A DNA stretch of 64,000 nt from Acidobacteriota bacterium (GTDB lineage Bacteria; Acidobacteriota; Vicinamibacteria; Fen-336): positions 40,150-104,149 of the forward strand of contig JAQBHI010000049.1 of assembly GCA_032127875.1 (NCBI GenBank), read 5' to 3'. Positions 9,197 to 18,764 of this stretch are shown in pieces. Under the pieces are notes generated by a model that saw only the letters and a list, made by a program, of their open reading frames with translations, did no database searches and was not told the DNA's origin. Positions within the stretch are counted from its first letter, which is position 1, and each line of letters begins with the position of its first letter. Position numbers and translations under genes: made by a program.

Positions 9197-11679
9197 CGGC
9201 GCGCCCCCTGGCCGGAGAATTCGGGAGCGACCGAGCTGGCGCCGCGATGACCCTCGGGGACAGGCGCGGTGGCCGGATCGAGAGCCTCTACCGCGACGCT
9301 TTCCGGGTATTCGAAGCGCGGCAGCTGCGGGGCGCGATAGCGGCCCTCGAGCGCGGCCACGATTTTCTCCGGTGTGATGGGCACCTCGTCCACGCGCGCG
9401 CCGAGCGCTTCGTAGATCGCGTTCGCCACGGCGGGGATCACCGGAAGCAGCGGCCCCTGGCCACACTCCTTGGCGCCATACGGCCCTTCCGGATCCAGGG
9501 TCTCGACCAGGATCGAGTCGACCGGCGGCATCTCGAGCGTGGTGGGGCTCTTGTAGTCGAGCATCGACGGGATCTTGTGCAGGCCCTTGCGAAAGACCTG
9601 CTCTTCCATCAGCGCCTCGCCAAGCGCCATGTAGACGGAGCCCTCGATCTGGCCCAGCACCAGCATCGGGTTCAGGGACCGGCCGATGTCGTGCGCGATC
9701 CACACCTTGTCCACGCGGACGATGCCGGTCTCTTTGTCGGCCGAGAGCTCCACGGCCGCGGCGGAGTAGGAATATGTCGGCGTCGGGCCCACACCCGAGC
9801 CCTTCCATTTCGCGACGCTCCTGGGCGCCTTGTACGAGCCCACGGACCCGAGCGTGCCGTGCGCGGACTCGGCGAGCACGACGGCCTCCGCGAAACAGAG
9901 CGAGCGGCCTGGGTCGGCGGCGTCGAAGATGCGGCGTCCGCTCGCCCGCAGGCGGCCGACGGAAAGCTCGAGCTTGCTCGCTGCGGCCTCGAAGATCAGC
10001 TTACGCAGCTTGCGCGCGGCCTGGATCGCCGCGTTGCCGGTCATCAGCGTGACGCGCGACGAGTAGGAACCGAGGTCCACGGGCGTCAGGTCGGTGTCGG
10101 CGGTCACGACGCGAATGTCCTCGAACCCGATGCCAAGCTCCTCGGCCACGATGTAGGCGAGGATCGAATCGGAGCCCTGGCCGATGTCCGTCGAACCGCA
10201 GAACACCGTGACGCCGCCGCCGCGATCCACTTTGATCTGCACGCCCGACTGCGGCATGGCGTTCCAGTAGATCGGCAGGCCAGCGCCCGTCAGGTACGCG
10301 GACGCCGCGATCGCGAGGCCCCTGCCGGGCCCGAGCTTACCGTGCTTCTCTCGATAGCCGCTCTTCTCGATGACTCGCTCCAAACAGGCCTTGAGCCCGA
10401 TCGTGCGCACGTACATGTGGTTGGCAGTGACCGTGTACGGCTCGAGGCAGTTGTCGATCCGCCACTGCGCCGGCTCGAGGCCCAGATCCTCACAGAACTT
10501 GTCGATGTGGCATTCGAGAGCAAAGCGTGGCTGAGGCGTTCCGTGGCCACGCTTGGGTCCGCAGGGCGGCTTGTTGGTGAAGACGCGGACGCCCTCGAAG
10601 CGATAGCGCGGGATCCTGTAGGTCACCGTCTGCAGCGCGCCGGTGTAGTAGAGACTCGCGACGCCATAACTGCCATACGCGCCGCCGTCGAGGGCCGTCT
10701 TGAAGTGCATCGCCGTGATCGTGCCGTCCTTCTTGAGGCCGGTCCTCACCCACATCTTCACGGGATGGCGTCCGCGATGGCAGTAGAAGACCTCCTCTCG
10801 CGTCAGCGTCAGTTTCACCGGCCGGCCCGTCTTCATCGAGAGCTTGCAGGCCACGATCTCGTGGCCGAACGGGTCGCTCTTGCCGCCAAAGCCGCCGCCG
10901 TTCGGGCAAGCAATCACGCGCAGCTGCGAGGGCGGCAGCTCGAGCACCTTGGCCGCCGCGCGGTGCACGTAGTGCGGCGTCTGGGTCGAGGACCACAGCG
11001 TCAGCTTCCCGTCCGCGCCCGCCGCGGCGACGCACGCGTGCTGCTCCATCGGCAAATGCGTGTTGCCCTCGAAGTAGAAGTTGTCCTCGCGAACGTGCTC
11101 GGCCTCGGCAAAGCCCGCTTCGACGTTGCCGAAGTCGAAAGACACCTCCTTGTGGACGTTGCCGCGCGGGCCGTACTCGTGGATCCGCGCCTCCCGAATT
11201 TGAGGGGATGCGGCTTCCAAGGCCCCCCCGCCGGCTAACGCCTCATCAATAGACATGAACGCCGGCAGCAGCTCGTACTCGACTTCGATCAGCCCGCAGG
11301 CGGCCTCGGCGGTCTCCTCGTCGATCGCCGCGACCGCCGCGACCGGATCCCCGACGAAGCGGACCTTGTCGATGCACAGCGCGTGCTCGTCCTGGCTGAC
11401 CGGCAGGATGCCGAAGGGAATCGGCAGCTCGCTGCCCACGAGCGTTGCGAGGACGCCATTCAGCGCTGCGGCCCTCGAGACGTCGACGCGCTTGATCCTG
11501 GCATGGGGATGGGGGGAGCGCAGCAGCTTCGCGAAGGTCATGCGCGGCAGCACCAGGTCGTCGGCGAACACGGTCTGGCCGGTGACCTTAGCCGCGGCGT
11601 CGACCTTGAGCAGCGACCGGCCGATCACGCTCAGCGGCTCGCCCGCCTCGCCGGGCGTGGGAATTCGCGGATCAGCCAC
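9193..11679 (-). CDS. Molybdenum hydroxylase molybdopterin-binding large subunit (xanthine dehydrogenase / aldehyde oxidase family)
   Basis: Ald_Xan_dh_C-type N-terminus (IGRSLLKVDAAAKVTGQ), GGGFGGK motif, about 830 aa. Most plausible start is GTG at 11677-11679, which overlaps the small-subunit stop. The ORF-track ATG is at 11742. Confidence 0.85.
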   Translation of the reverse strand: MADPRIPTPGEAGEPLSVIGRSLLKVDAAAKVTGQTVFADDLVLPRMTFAKLLRSPHPHARIKRVDVSRAAALNGVLATLVGSELPIPFGILPVSQDEHALCIDKVRFVGDPVAAVAAIDEETAEAACGLIEVEYELLPAFMSIDEALAGGGALEAASPQIREARIHEYGPRGNVHKEVSFDFGNVEAGFAEAEHVREDNFYFEGNTHLPMEQHACVAAAGADGKLTLWSSTQTPHYVHRAAAKVLELPPSQLRVIACPNGGGFGGKSDPFGHEIVACKLSMKTGRPVKLTLTREEVFYCHRGRHPVKMWVRTGLKKDGTITAMHFKTALDGGAYGSYGVASLYYTGALQTVTYRIPRYRFEGVRVFTNKPPCGPKRGHGTPQPRFALECHIDKFCEDLGLEPAQWRIDNCLEPYTVTANHMYVRTIGLKACLERVIEKSGYREKHGKLGPGRGLAIAASAYLTGAGLPIYWNAMPQSGVQIKVDRGGGVTVFCGSTDIGQGSDSILAYIVAEELGIGFEDIRVVTADTDLTPVDLGSYSSRVTLMTGNAAIQAARKLRKLIFEAAASKLELSVGRLRASGRRIFDAADPGRSLCFAEAVVLAESAHGTLGSVGSYKAPRSVAKWKGSGVGPTPTYSYSAAAVELSADKETGIVRVDKVWIAHDIGRSLNPMLVLGQIEGSVYMALGEALMEEQVFRKGLHKIPSMLDYKSPTTLEMPPVDSILVETLDPEGPYGAKECGQGPLLPVIPAVANAIYEALGARVDEVPITPEKIVAALEGRYRAPQLPRFEYPESVAVEALDPATAPVPEGHRGASSVAPEFSGQGARR

Positions 11680-12207
11680 GGCTGACGCCGTCTTCGAGCC
11701 CGACCGTCTCCAGCGCCACCGGCAAGGGCGGATCCTCGCCACGCATCCGCGCCGCAGCCAACTCGACCGCCTCGAAGATCTTCAGATACCCGGTACAGCG
11801 ACACAGGTTCCCGGCCAGCGCTTCGGCGATCTCGGCACGATCGGCTTCAGGCTTCTTGCGGAGCAGCGCCTCGGCCGTGAGCAGAAAGCCCGGCGTGCAA
11901 TAGCCGCACTGCGCCGCGCCCAGGTCCGCGAACGCCTGCTGCAAAGGGTGCAGGGTCGCGCCATCGGCCATCGCTTCGACCGTGCGGATCTCGTGACCCT
12001 CGCACTCCACCGGCAGGCTCAGGCAGGACAGGATCGGCTTGCCGTCGACGAGCACCGTGCACGTGCCGCACTCCCCAAGCTCACAGCCGTGCTTCGTGCC
12101 CATCAGACCCAGCTCTTCGCGAATCACCTCGAGCAGGGTGTGGTGCACCGGCGCCAAGCACTCCCGCTCTTCGCCGTTGACCCTCAGCCGGATCCGCTGT
12201 TTCTCCA
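11672..12207 (-). CDS. [2Fe-2S] iron-sulfur small subunit of molybdenum hydroxylase (HcrC/CoxS-like)
   Basis: Plant-ferredoxin-type CELGECGTCTV and second cluster motif QCGYCTPG ... CRCTGY. GTG start at 12205-12207, preceded by GGAG 8 nt upstream. Confidence 0.8.
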
Positions 12208-12222
12208 CCTCAACCGCTCCTG

Positions 12223-13854
12223 ATGCTGCCTTTGAACGCCCGGTCAAACCCGGATTATAGCGCCCGGCACGAGCCCAGCAAACCGCTATACTGCCCGGCC
12301 TTGGTTCCCCGCGAGGCCGACCGCCGCCAGACCGCCCTCGTCGTGGCGTTGGGGATCGCCCTCTGGGCTCCCCGCCTGGTCCTGCAGTTCGCGCCACCGG
12401 CGCCCTACGACGAGGGCAACACGGTGGTGGCGGCCTGGCGCGTACTCGAGGGGGAGCGGCTGTATCGCGACGTCTGGCAGATGCACCCTCCGGGAACGGC
12501 CTGGAGCCTGGCCTTGGCATTCCGCCTGCTGGGAACGACGCTCTTCACCGAGCGCCTGGTCAAGGCCGCCCTCGCGGGCATCGCTCTCGGCCTGCTCCAC
12601 CGCTTCGCGCGGCGGATGGCGGGGCCGTGGCTCGCGGCGAGCGCGGTCGTCGCGGGAGCGCTGCTTCCGCCGGCAACCCCGTTCCTGCGTCCCAACGATC
12701 CGGCGTTCGTCGCGAGCCTTGCGGCCAGCGCGCTGGTGCTGGCGCGGGACCGCCTAGGTCGCTGGGGATCGCCGGCGATCGGAGCGCTCCTGGGCCTGAC
12801 CGCGGCCTATCGGCTGGACTTCGGCGCCGGTTCCGCGCTGGCGATCGCGGCGTTCCTGGTAGCGCGGGGCGAGGCGCGCCGTCTTCTCGCCGTGATCCCG
12901 GGCGCCGCCATTGCGCCCGCGGCCGGCGCTGCGGCACTCCTGCTCCAGGGAGTGGCCGGCTCTGCGTGGGAACAGATGTTCGTGTTTCCAGCTACGGCCT
13001 ACCCCGCTCAGCGCGGCATGCCGCTGTACGACCCTGCTGTGGTCCTGCTGCCCCTGGCGCTGTGCGGCGCGGCGCTCCTCGCAGCCTGGGCCGGGAGGCG
13101 CCACGATCGCGTCCGCCACGAGGCGCTGCTCCTGACGGGCTGCCTGGGACTGGGCTACCTCGGGTACGCGCTGGTGCGCCCTGACTTGGAGCATACGCTC
13201 CCGGCGCGGGTGCTGGGCCTGCTGGCCGGGACCGGGCTTGTGTCGGCAGCAAAGGGTATCGTTCCGGTCACCTCGCGCCGGCTGCTCCAGGCCGTGGCCG
13301 TGGCCGCGTCCTGCGGCGTCGTCGCGCCGGCGCTGCCGACGCTCGTGGAGACCGCGCGGCTGGGACTGATGCTGCTCCGGCCGGTAGCCCGGGAGCCGCA
13401 GTGGGCGAGAGCGGGCCCGCTGCTCCGCGTCGACACCGACGCGGCGGCAATGGCCCGACTTGTCGCCGAGCGCACCCGTCCGGGCGAGCGGATCTTCGTG
13501 GGCAACGAGCGCCACGATCGCATCCTTGTCAACCACGTGCTCCTCTACTTCCTCGCAGATCGGCCGTCGGTGACGCGCTACTACAACCTCCACCCCGGTC
13601 TAGCCACCCGCGCCGACATCCAGGAGGAGATCGTCGAGGCCATCGAACGGCAGGCTGTCCGGATCGTCGTGCTCTGGAGCGCTCCGCTTTGGGACGAACC
13701 CAACGCAACCGCGCGGCCGGCCGCCGGTACGCTCGACGCGGCTCTCCGCTCCCACTTCGAAGCGCGGGAGACGCGAGGCCGCTACACGCTCTGGGAGCGC
13801 TCGTCTGCCGGACCCGGCGCTGTCAACACCAGGACGGCCAGCGGCGCCAGATGA
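12223..13854 (+). CDS. Polytopic membrane protein, putative GT-C-type glycosyltransferase (start uncertain)
   Basis: 543-aa ORF with 10 or more hydrophobic helices and a DEG motif after the first helix. Antisense frames are fragmented R/P-rich junk. The listed start lies only 16 nt from the divergent hydroxylase gene, so the true start may be downstream. Confidence 0.5.
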   Translation: MLPLNARSNPDYSARHEPSKPLYCPALVPREADRRQTALVVALGIALWAPRLVLQFAPPAPYDEGNTVVAAWRVLEGERLYRDVWQMHPPGTAWSLALAFRLLGTTLFTERLVKAALAGIALGLLHRFARRMAGPWLAASAVVAGALLPPATPFLRPNDPAFVASLAASALVLARDRLGRWGSPAIGALLGLTAAYRLDFGAGSALAIAAFLVARGEARRLLAVIPGAAIAPAAGAAALLLQGVAGSAWEQMFVFPATAYPAQRGMPLYDPAVVLLPLALCGAALLAAWAGRRHDRVRHEALLLTGCLGLGYLGYALVRPDLEHTLPARVLGLLAGTGLVSAAKGIVPVTSRRLLQAVAVAASCGVVAPALPTLVETARLGLMLLRPVAREPQWARAGPLLRVDTDAAAMARLVAERTRPGERIFVGNERHDRILVNHVLLYFLADRPSVTRYYNLHPGLATRADIQEEIVEAIERQAVRIVVLWSAPLWDEPNATARPAAGTLDAALRSHFEARETRGRYTLWERSSAGPGAVNTRTASGAR

Positions 13855-15101
13855 ATCAGCACGCGTTCGAAGGAGAGCAGCACCTGGAGGACGCCCTTCC
13901 AGGGCGAGGCGACGTAGATCAGGAAGACGACCGCCAGGTACGCCGGCGGCACGAGGCGCCGGTCGCTGATCGGACCGCAACGTGCGCGCTGCCTGAGGGC
14001 CCACAACCCGGCCATCCCCCACCAGAACAGGCCGGAGCGCTGGGGGTGCAGCAGCGCGATCCGCAGCATCTCCGCCAGGACCATGGGGGCGCGGGGCGCC
14101 CCAGTGGCGAGCGCGTCGGGCGTGAGCCGCGTGAGATAGCGCTCGTCGAAGCCCGGGGGCAGCGTCGCCCGGACCAGCAGCCAGGGGACGACGACGGCAG
14201 CGCACACGGCGAACATCGTGAGGGCCGGCCGCAGCCGACGACGCGACGCGCTGCCCTGGATCCAGGCCGACACGGCGAGCAGCAGGCCGAGGACGATGCC
14301 CTCGTTCTTCGAGAGGACAGCGCCCGCGGCCAGCAGGCCCGCGAGCGGCACGGCGCCAGCCTCGAGGGCGAGGGCCGAGCCCGCGACGTACGAGGCCAGC
14401 ATCGTGTCGGCCACGCCCGCGTCCGCTCCACCCTCCTCGGAGAAGAGCAAGGTGGGCATGAGCAGCACCGCCAGGGCCAGCCCCCGCCCTGTCCGCGAGT
14501 CGCGCCGCGGCAGTTCCGCGAGCAGTAGGGCGCCCAGCGCCAGGTAGAACAGCAGGGGCACCGCGCGCATCACTGGCTCCGACGGCGGGCCGAACGCCGC
14601 TGCCGTCGCCTCCAGCGTCGGCAGCAGGGGCGGGTACTGCGGATGCGGCAGCGGGAAGCCGAGGTCGCGGTGTTCCGGGCTCGGGTAGCTCGAGGCCGCG
14701 TGGATCACCCGCGCGTGGAGCCACCACAGCGTCCGGCCGTCCACGGAGGCCATCGGGACCGTGGCGACGTTGCGCACCATCGCTGCGACCATGAGCAGCC
14801 AGACGAGCAGGCCGATGCGCTCGATCAGCGTCCAACCAGGGACGGCTTCCCGCGGACGCTCGCGCAGCCGCCACAGCCAGTGCAGCCCCAGCGGCGCGCC
14901 CAGGCCCAACAGCAGCACGCTCGCGTGGCGCATCGGCACGCCGACTTGCGACGCGGCGAGCAGCAGCACGGCGACGCCGAGTCCACCCAGCAGGAACGCC
15001 GCCGCGACTCGAGCCGTCCGCGGGACGGGCCAGGCGCTTCGCCTGAGGAACTGCCCCCCCACGCCAAGGCAGGCCGCGACCAGCAGCAGGAGGCCACTCA
15101 T
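13782..15101 (-). CDS. Polytopic membrane protein, ArnT/PMT-like GT-C glycosyltransferase candidate
   Basis: ATG at 15101, preceded by the stop of the upstream gene (ATGA overlap). About 12 predicted TM helices. The upstream 230 aa of the ORF-track ORF are an R/G-rich alternate frame of the neighbouring gene. Confidence 0.55.
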   Translation of the reverse strand: MSGLLLLVAACLGVGGQFLRRSAWPVPRTARVAAAFLLGGLGVAVLLLAASQVGVPMRHASVLLLGLGAPLGLHWLWRLRERPREAVPGWTLIERIGLLVWLLMVAAMVRNVATVPMASVDGRTLWWLHARVIHAASSYPSPEHRDLGFPLPHPQYPPLLPTLEATAAAFGPPSEPVMRAVPLLFYLALGALLLAELPRRDSRTGRGLALAVLLMPTLLFSEEGGADAGVADTMLASYVAGSALALEAGAVPLAGLLAAGAVLSKNEGIVLGLLLAVSAWIQGSASRRRLRPALTMFAVCAAVVVPWLLVRATLPPGFDERYLTRLTPDALATGAPRAPMVLAEMLRIALLHPQRSGLFWWGMAGLWALRQRARCGPISDRRLVPPAYLAVVFLIYVASPWKGVLQVLLSFERVLIHLAPLAVLVLTAPGPADERSQSV

Positions 15102-15823
15102 GGCGACCCGAATGGGCGCGGTGCAAAAGCTCCGCGCTCGCAGGAGAGCTGCAGCCAGCGCACGTCCGGCCGCGACGCCGCGAGCAGCGCCGCGGCCGCC
15201 GCAGAGCAGCGCGGGGCGTGCGCGACGTAGACCCGCCGGGGGAACAGGTAGGACGCAGCGAACCCGTCCGCGAAGTCGAAGAAGCGTCCCGTCCGCAGGA
15301 CCAGCAGGGCGCCGGCGTCGCCCGAGCTGCGCTGGAAAGCCTCGATTGCCCGGTAGTCCGGCTCCGAGCTGTGCCGGCCGTAAACGTGCAGACGCCGCTC
15401 CGCGAAACCCAGTCCCGCCAGCTCGGCCTCGCGAAGGCCGTCGCGCACCAGCCGCACCGGCGCGAGGGCGATCGAATACAGGAGGAGCAGCGCAACCAGC
15501 CGCCGGCGCCAGGTCTCGCTGGCGGACTCGTCGTCGCGTTGGCCGGTGACGGCCCGAGCCAGGAACACGCCGCGTGCCGAGGCCAGCGCCCATGCGCCGG
15601 TGGCCACGACCGCCGCCGGGCCGCAGAGGGAGTGCAGGATCCGAGTCTGCACCGCCAGCTCGGCCCGAAACACCGCGCCGTGGATGGGGAGGCGCAGGTA
15701 GAGCCACTGGATCACCGCAACGAACGCGTCTGGCGACAGCAGCGCCGCGCCGAAGAACGGCGCCGCGAACGCCACCAGCCAGGCGTTCGCGAGCCAAGGG
15801 CTGCGCTCGCAGCGGCCGGTCAT
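15098..15823 (-). CDS. Integral membrane protein, hypothetical
   Basis: 241 aa and hydrophobic. Translationally coupled on both sides (ATGA overlaps at 15820-15823 and 15098-15101). Confidence 0.5.
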   Translation of the reverse strand: MTGRCERSPWLANAWLVAFAAPFFGAALLSPDAFVAVIQWLYLRLPIHGAVFRAELAVQTRILHSLCGPAAVVATGAWALASARGVFLARAVTGQRDDESASETWRRRLVALLLLYSIALAPVRLVRDGLREAELAGLGFAERRLHVYGRHSSEPDYRAIEAFQRSSGDAGALLVLRTGRFFDFADGFAASYLFPRRVYVAHAPRCSAAAAALLAASRPDVRWLQLSCERGAFAPRPFGSP

Positions 15824-17034
15824 GGCAGGAGCCGCCGGCTGAGCAGGGACGCGGCGACGAACTCGCCGGTCACGCGGTGGCCGCGGGCGTTCCAGTGGAT
15901 GCCGCTCGAGAAGTACGCTCCGCCGAGCAAGCCCCGATCGGCAGCGCGCAGGGCGACACTGGGATCGATCAGCGGCAGATCCGCCTTGGCCGCAATGGAG
16001 ACCAGACGCCGGCGCACCGAGGCGGGGTCGGCATCAGCGTCGGACCATCCGTAGCGTTGGCAGGCGATGCGCCAGTTGCGGTCCGCGACCTCTACGCGGT
16101 CCGGCACGTAAACGACGGCGAAACGGGCGCCATCGGCGACGACCTCGTCGCGCATCAGGGCCAGCAGACGCGCGGTGCGCTCCCACGCTTCCTCCACGAA
16201 CTGCGGCGGCCGCCGCTCGAACACCCGCCGCTCGTCAGGCGGCGCGTGCTTCCGAAGCGGCGGCCCGGCGCCCAGGCGCGAGAGCAGGCCGTGGACCCAC
16301 GGGGCGCCCTCCCCCAGCCGGGAACGCGCGAAGGCGCGCAGGTCCGACGCCGCCCCTTCGTCGTTGCCGATGTCCGGCGGGGCCCTGATCGCCACTCTGG
16401 GCACGGGCACGCCGCGCAGGACCAGGGCGCCCGCTTCCGCGACGAAGTAAGGCTTGCGACCGCGCCAGTAGTTGTCGCGTGCGTTGTGCACGACGTCATT
16501 GCCAAAGAAGAAGAGCAGCACGAGACCCGGGTGCAGCGAGCGGCCCAGCGTCCGATACAGCAGCAGCTCCTGGTCCGAGGCGTAGCCGGCCACGCCGCCA
16601 TTCACAACCTCGGCGCGTCGGCCCGCCCGCAGCAACTGCTCCTCGAGCACGCGGGCTACGCCGAGGGGTTCTGGAATGGCCCACCCCTCCACGAACGAGT
16701 CGCCCAGCGCGAGGACGCGGAGCGTGCCGGGAGCCGGCCGCTCGGTACGATCGCGGTCCCGGAGGCCAGCGGCGTTGATCGCGATATCGGCGTCGCCCTC
16801 GGGGAAGCCGACCCGCTCCCGGACACCGGGACGATGAGACCAGCCGAGCAGCGCGTCGTGCCGAAAGTAGGCCGACAGCGGCGCGCCTCGGTGATTGAGG
16901 TGATAGCGGATCCGCAGGGCGACATCGACCACGAGCAGCGCGACCAGGACGCTGACGAAGGCGAGCGCGAGCTCCGCGCGCCCGACCCGTCGCGAGCGTT
17001 CAGCGATGGCCGAGGGCCCGCCTGAGGCCGGCAT
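15820..17034 (-). CDS. SGNH/GDSL-family hydrolase with N-terminal membrane anchor
   Basis: N-terminal TM helix, then GDS block LALGDSFVEG and GND block LFFFGNDVV. Glycan O-acyl esterase / acyltransferase-like. Confidence 0.65.
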   Translation of the reverse strand: MPASGGPSAIAERSRRVGRAELALAFVSVLVALLVVDVALRIRYHLNHRGAPLSAYFRHDALLGWSHRPGVRERVGFPEGDADIAINAAGLRDRDRTERPAPGTLRVLALGDSFVEGWAIPEPLGVARVLEEQLLRAGRRAEVVNGGVAGYASDQELLLYRTLGRSLHPGLVLLFFFGNDVVHNARDNYWRGRKPYFVAEAGALVLRGVPVPRVAIRAPPDIGNDEGAASDLRAFARSRLGEGAPWVHGLLSRLGAGPPLRKHAPPDERRVFERRPPQFVEEAWERTARLLALMRDEVVADGARFAVVYVPDRVEVADRNWRIACQRYGWSDADADPASVRRRLVSIAAKADLPLIDPSVALRAADRGLLGGAYFSSGIHWNARGHRVTGEFVAASLLSRRLLP

Positions 17035-17890
17035 CGATGTCCAAGGGAGCGTAGCCGCACTCCGCCCGGAAGCTCGCGTGGTCGAGCGTGGCGTCCTGCA
17101 ACAAGCCGGCGAGTGACTCGGGCGTCAGGAACGAGCCGGGCAGCCGGGCTGCGACGCCGGCGATCGCTTTCAGCAGGCCCACGGGGACGCGGAACTGGAC
17201 CCGGCGCAGGCCGAGCTGTGCGCAAATGCGGCGGCACAGCTCGTCGAAGAGCACGACCGTCGCGCCCGAGACGGCATACGTGCGCCGGGCGGCGCGCGAG
17301 TCGTCGAGCACCCGCTCGATTGCGTCCACGACGTCGCCAATCCAGACGGGCTGCAGGCGGGCGCTGCCGGAGCCGAGGATTGGCGTGACCAGCGGGACGC
17401 GGCGCAACAGGCGCACCAACTGGGCGAAGTGCAGCCCGCCGTCGGGGCCGTATACCATCGTGGGCCGCAGGATCGTGTAGTCGAGCCCCGAGTCGATCAC
17501 CAGGCGCTCGGCTTCGGCCTTGGAGCGCCCGTAACAGTTCTTCTGCGCGTACACTGCAGACACCGCCGACAGGTACACGAATCGGCCAACGCCCCAGCCG
17601 CGCGCCGCGGCCAGCAGATGGCGGGTCCCCTCGACGTTGATGGCCTGGATACGATCGGCCGGGTTGGGCAGCATCAGGGCCGCGGCGTGCACGACCGTGG
17701 ACACGCCGCTGCCCAAAGGGACGAGGGCCGGCGCGTCGAGCAGGTCGGCCCGCACCTCCTCGACCCCGGGCCCCGAGGCATGCGCAGGATCCCTCGGCAG
17801 CACCAGGCAGCGCACCGGAGTGCCCCGGGTCCGCAGCCGTTCCAGCAAGTGGCGACCCACGTAGCCCGTGGCGCCAGTGAGGAAGATCAC
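17000..17890 (-). CDS. NAD-dependent epimerase/dehydratase (extended SDR)
   Basis: Rossmann motif LTGATGYVG. YxxxK (YGRSK). GTG start. Confidence 0.8.
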   Translation of the reverse strand: MIFLTGATGYVGRHLLERLRTRGTPVRCLVLPRDPAHASGPGVEEVRADLLDAPALVPLGSGVSTVVHAAALMLPNPADRIQAINVEGTRHLLAAARGWGVGRFVYLSAVSAVYAQKNCYGRSKAEAERLVIDSGLDYTILRPTMVYGPDGGLHFAQLVRLLRRVPLVTPILGSGSARLQPVWIGDVVDAIERVLDDSRAARRTYAVSGATVVLFDELCRRICAQLGLRRVQFRVPVGLLKAIAGVAARLPGSFLTPESLAGLLQDATLDHASFRAECGYAPLDIDAGLRRALGHR

Positions 17891-17938
17891 GACGCGGGCT
17901 CGATCCGACCGGCGAGGAAACGGGCGCCGGCGGCGGGG

Positions 17939-18409
17939 CTACTCGGCAATCTGCTGGGCCAAATAGTTCTCGATGCCGATCTCCTCGATCTGGTGGAGCT
18001 GCGCTTCGAGCCAGTCGATGTGCTCCTCCTCGCTCTTCAGGATTTCTTCGAGGAGCGAACGGCTGCCGTTGTCGCTCCTTTCGGCACTGAGGGCGATGCC
18101 GGCGTTGAGTCGCTTCACGGCGTCGTATTCGAGCTGCAGGTCGAACTCATGCTGCTCCTTGACGTCCTTGCCGACCTGCACCTTCATGTACTTCTGCATG
18201 TTCGGCTGACCATCGAAGTAGAGGATGCGGTCGATCACGAGTTGAGCGTGCTTCATCTCCCCGAGGGATTCCTTGTAGGTGTACTCGGCCAGACGCTTGT
18301 AGCGCCAGTTCTCTCGCATCCGGGCGTGAATGAAGTACTGGTTGATCGCCGTCAACTCGGCGCACAGCACGTCCCCCAGAACCGCGATGACGTCAGCATT
18401 CCCTTTCAC
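17939..18409 (-). CDS. bfr: Bacterioferritin
   Basis: Near-canonical Bfr sequence (INQYFIHARMRENW ... EMKHAQLVIDRILYFDG ... EEEHIDWLEAQL). GTG start with GGAGG 6 nt upstream. Confidence 0.9.
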   Translation of the reverse strand: MKGNADVIAVLGDVLCAELTAINQYFIHARMRENWRYKRLAEYTYKESLGEMKHAQLVIDRILYFDGQPNMQKYMKVQVGKDVKEQHEFDLQLEYDAVKRLNAGIALSAERSDNGSRSLLEEILKSEEEHIDWLEAQLHQIEEIGIENYLAQQIAE

Positions 18410-18479
18410 GACTCACCTCCGCCGAAAGACCTGGCCAGGATTCTAGTCCGAACGGCGAGGCTTTTTTTCTGGGAGAAGG

Positions 18480-18680
18480 CTAGCGCCGCGGGGCGAGGTA
18501 GGCCTTGAGATCCGGGAGGCAGGCGGTGCACGTCTGGCCACACCCGGTGCGCTTGCCCAGATCCTCGAGACTGAGCTGCTCGCACGCCAGTTTTTCGGCG
18601 ATCTCTTCGAAGCGCATGTCGGAGCACTCGCAACGAGTCATCGGGGGCGGCGACCAGAGCAGCTTGACGAACGCGGCCAT
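18480..18680 (-). CDS. bfd: Bacterioferritin-associated ferredoxin ([2Fe-2S] Bfd-like)
   Basis: 66 aa with the C-x-C ... C-x2-C pattern (CECSDM ... CGQTCTAC). Lies immediately upstream of bfr on the same strand. Confidence 0.8.
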   Translation of the reverse strand: MAAFVKLLWSPPPMTRCECSDMRFEEIAEKLACEQLSLEDLGKRTGCGQTCTACLPDLKAYLAPRR

Positions 18681-18689
18681 ACGCCAAAA

Positions 18690-18717
18690 TCCTACTGAAA
18701 CTGAATTTCAAATTCAA
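18690..18717. promoter_or_regulatory. AT-rich near-palindrome (GAATTTCAAATTC) in the bfd promoter region; Fur-box-like operator candidate
   Basis: An island of about 65% AT in a 70% GC genome. Near-perfect inverted repeat 10-35 nt upstream of the bfd start. Confidence 0.35.
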
Positions 18718-18764
18718 GTCGGCCCCGAACCGAAGGTGCGTGCGGGTGCTAGAATCGGCGCATC

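Noticed and set aside
13600-15797. 631-aa and 671-aa minus-strand ORFs spanning 13600-15797
   Set aside because: The 13600..15495 ORF is an alternate frame (Arg/Ala/Pro-rich). In the 13782..15797 ORF only the part downstream of the internal ATG at 15101 looks like a membrane protein. Its upstream portion is an alternate frame of the neighbouring 15098..15823 gene.
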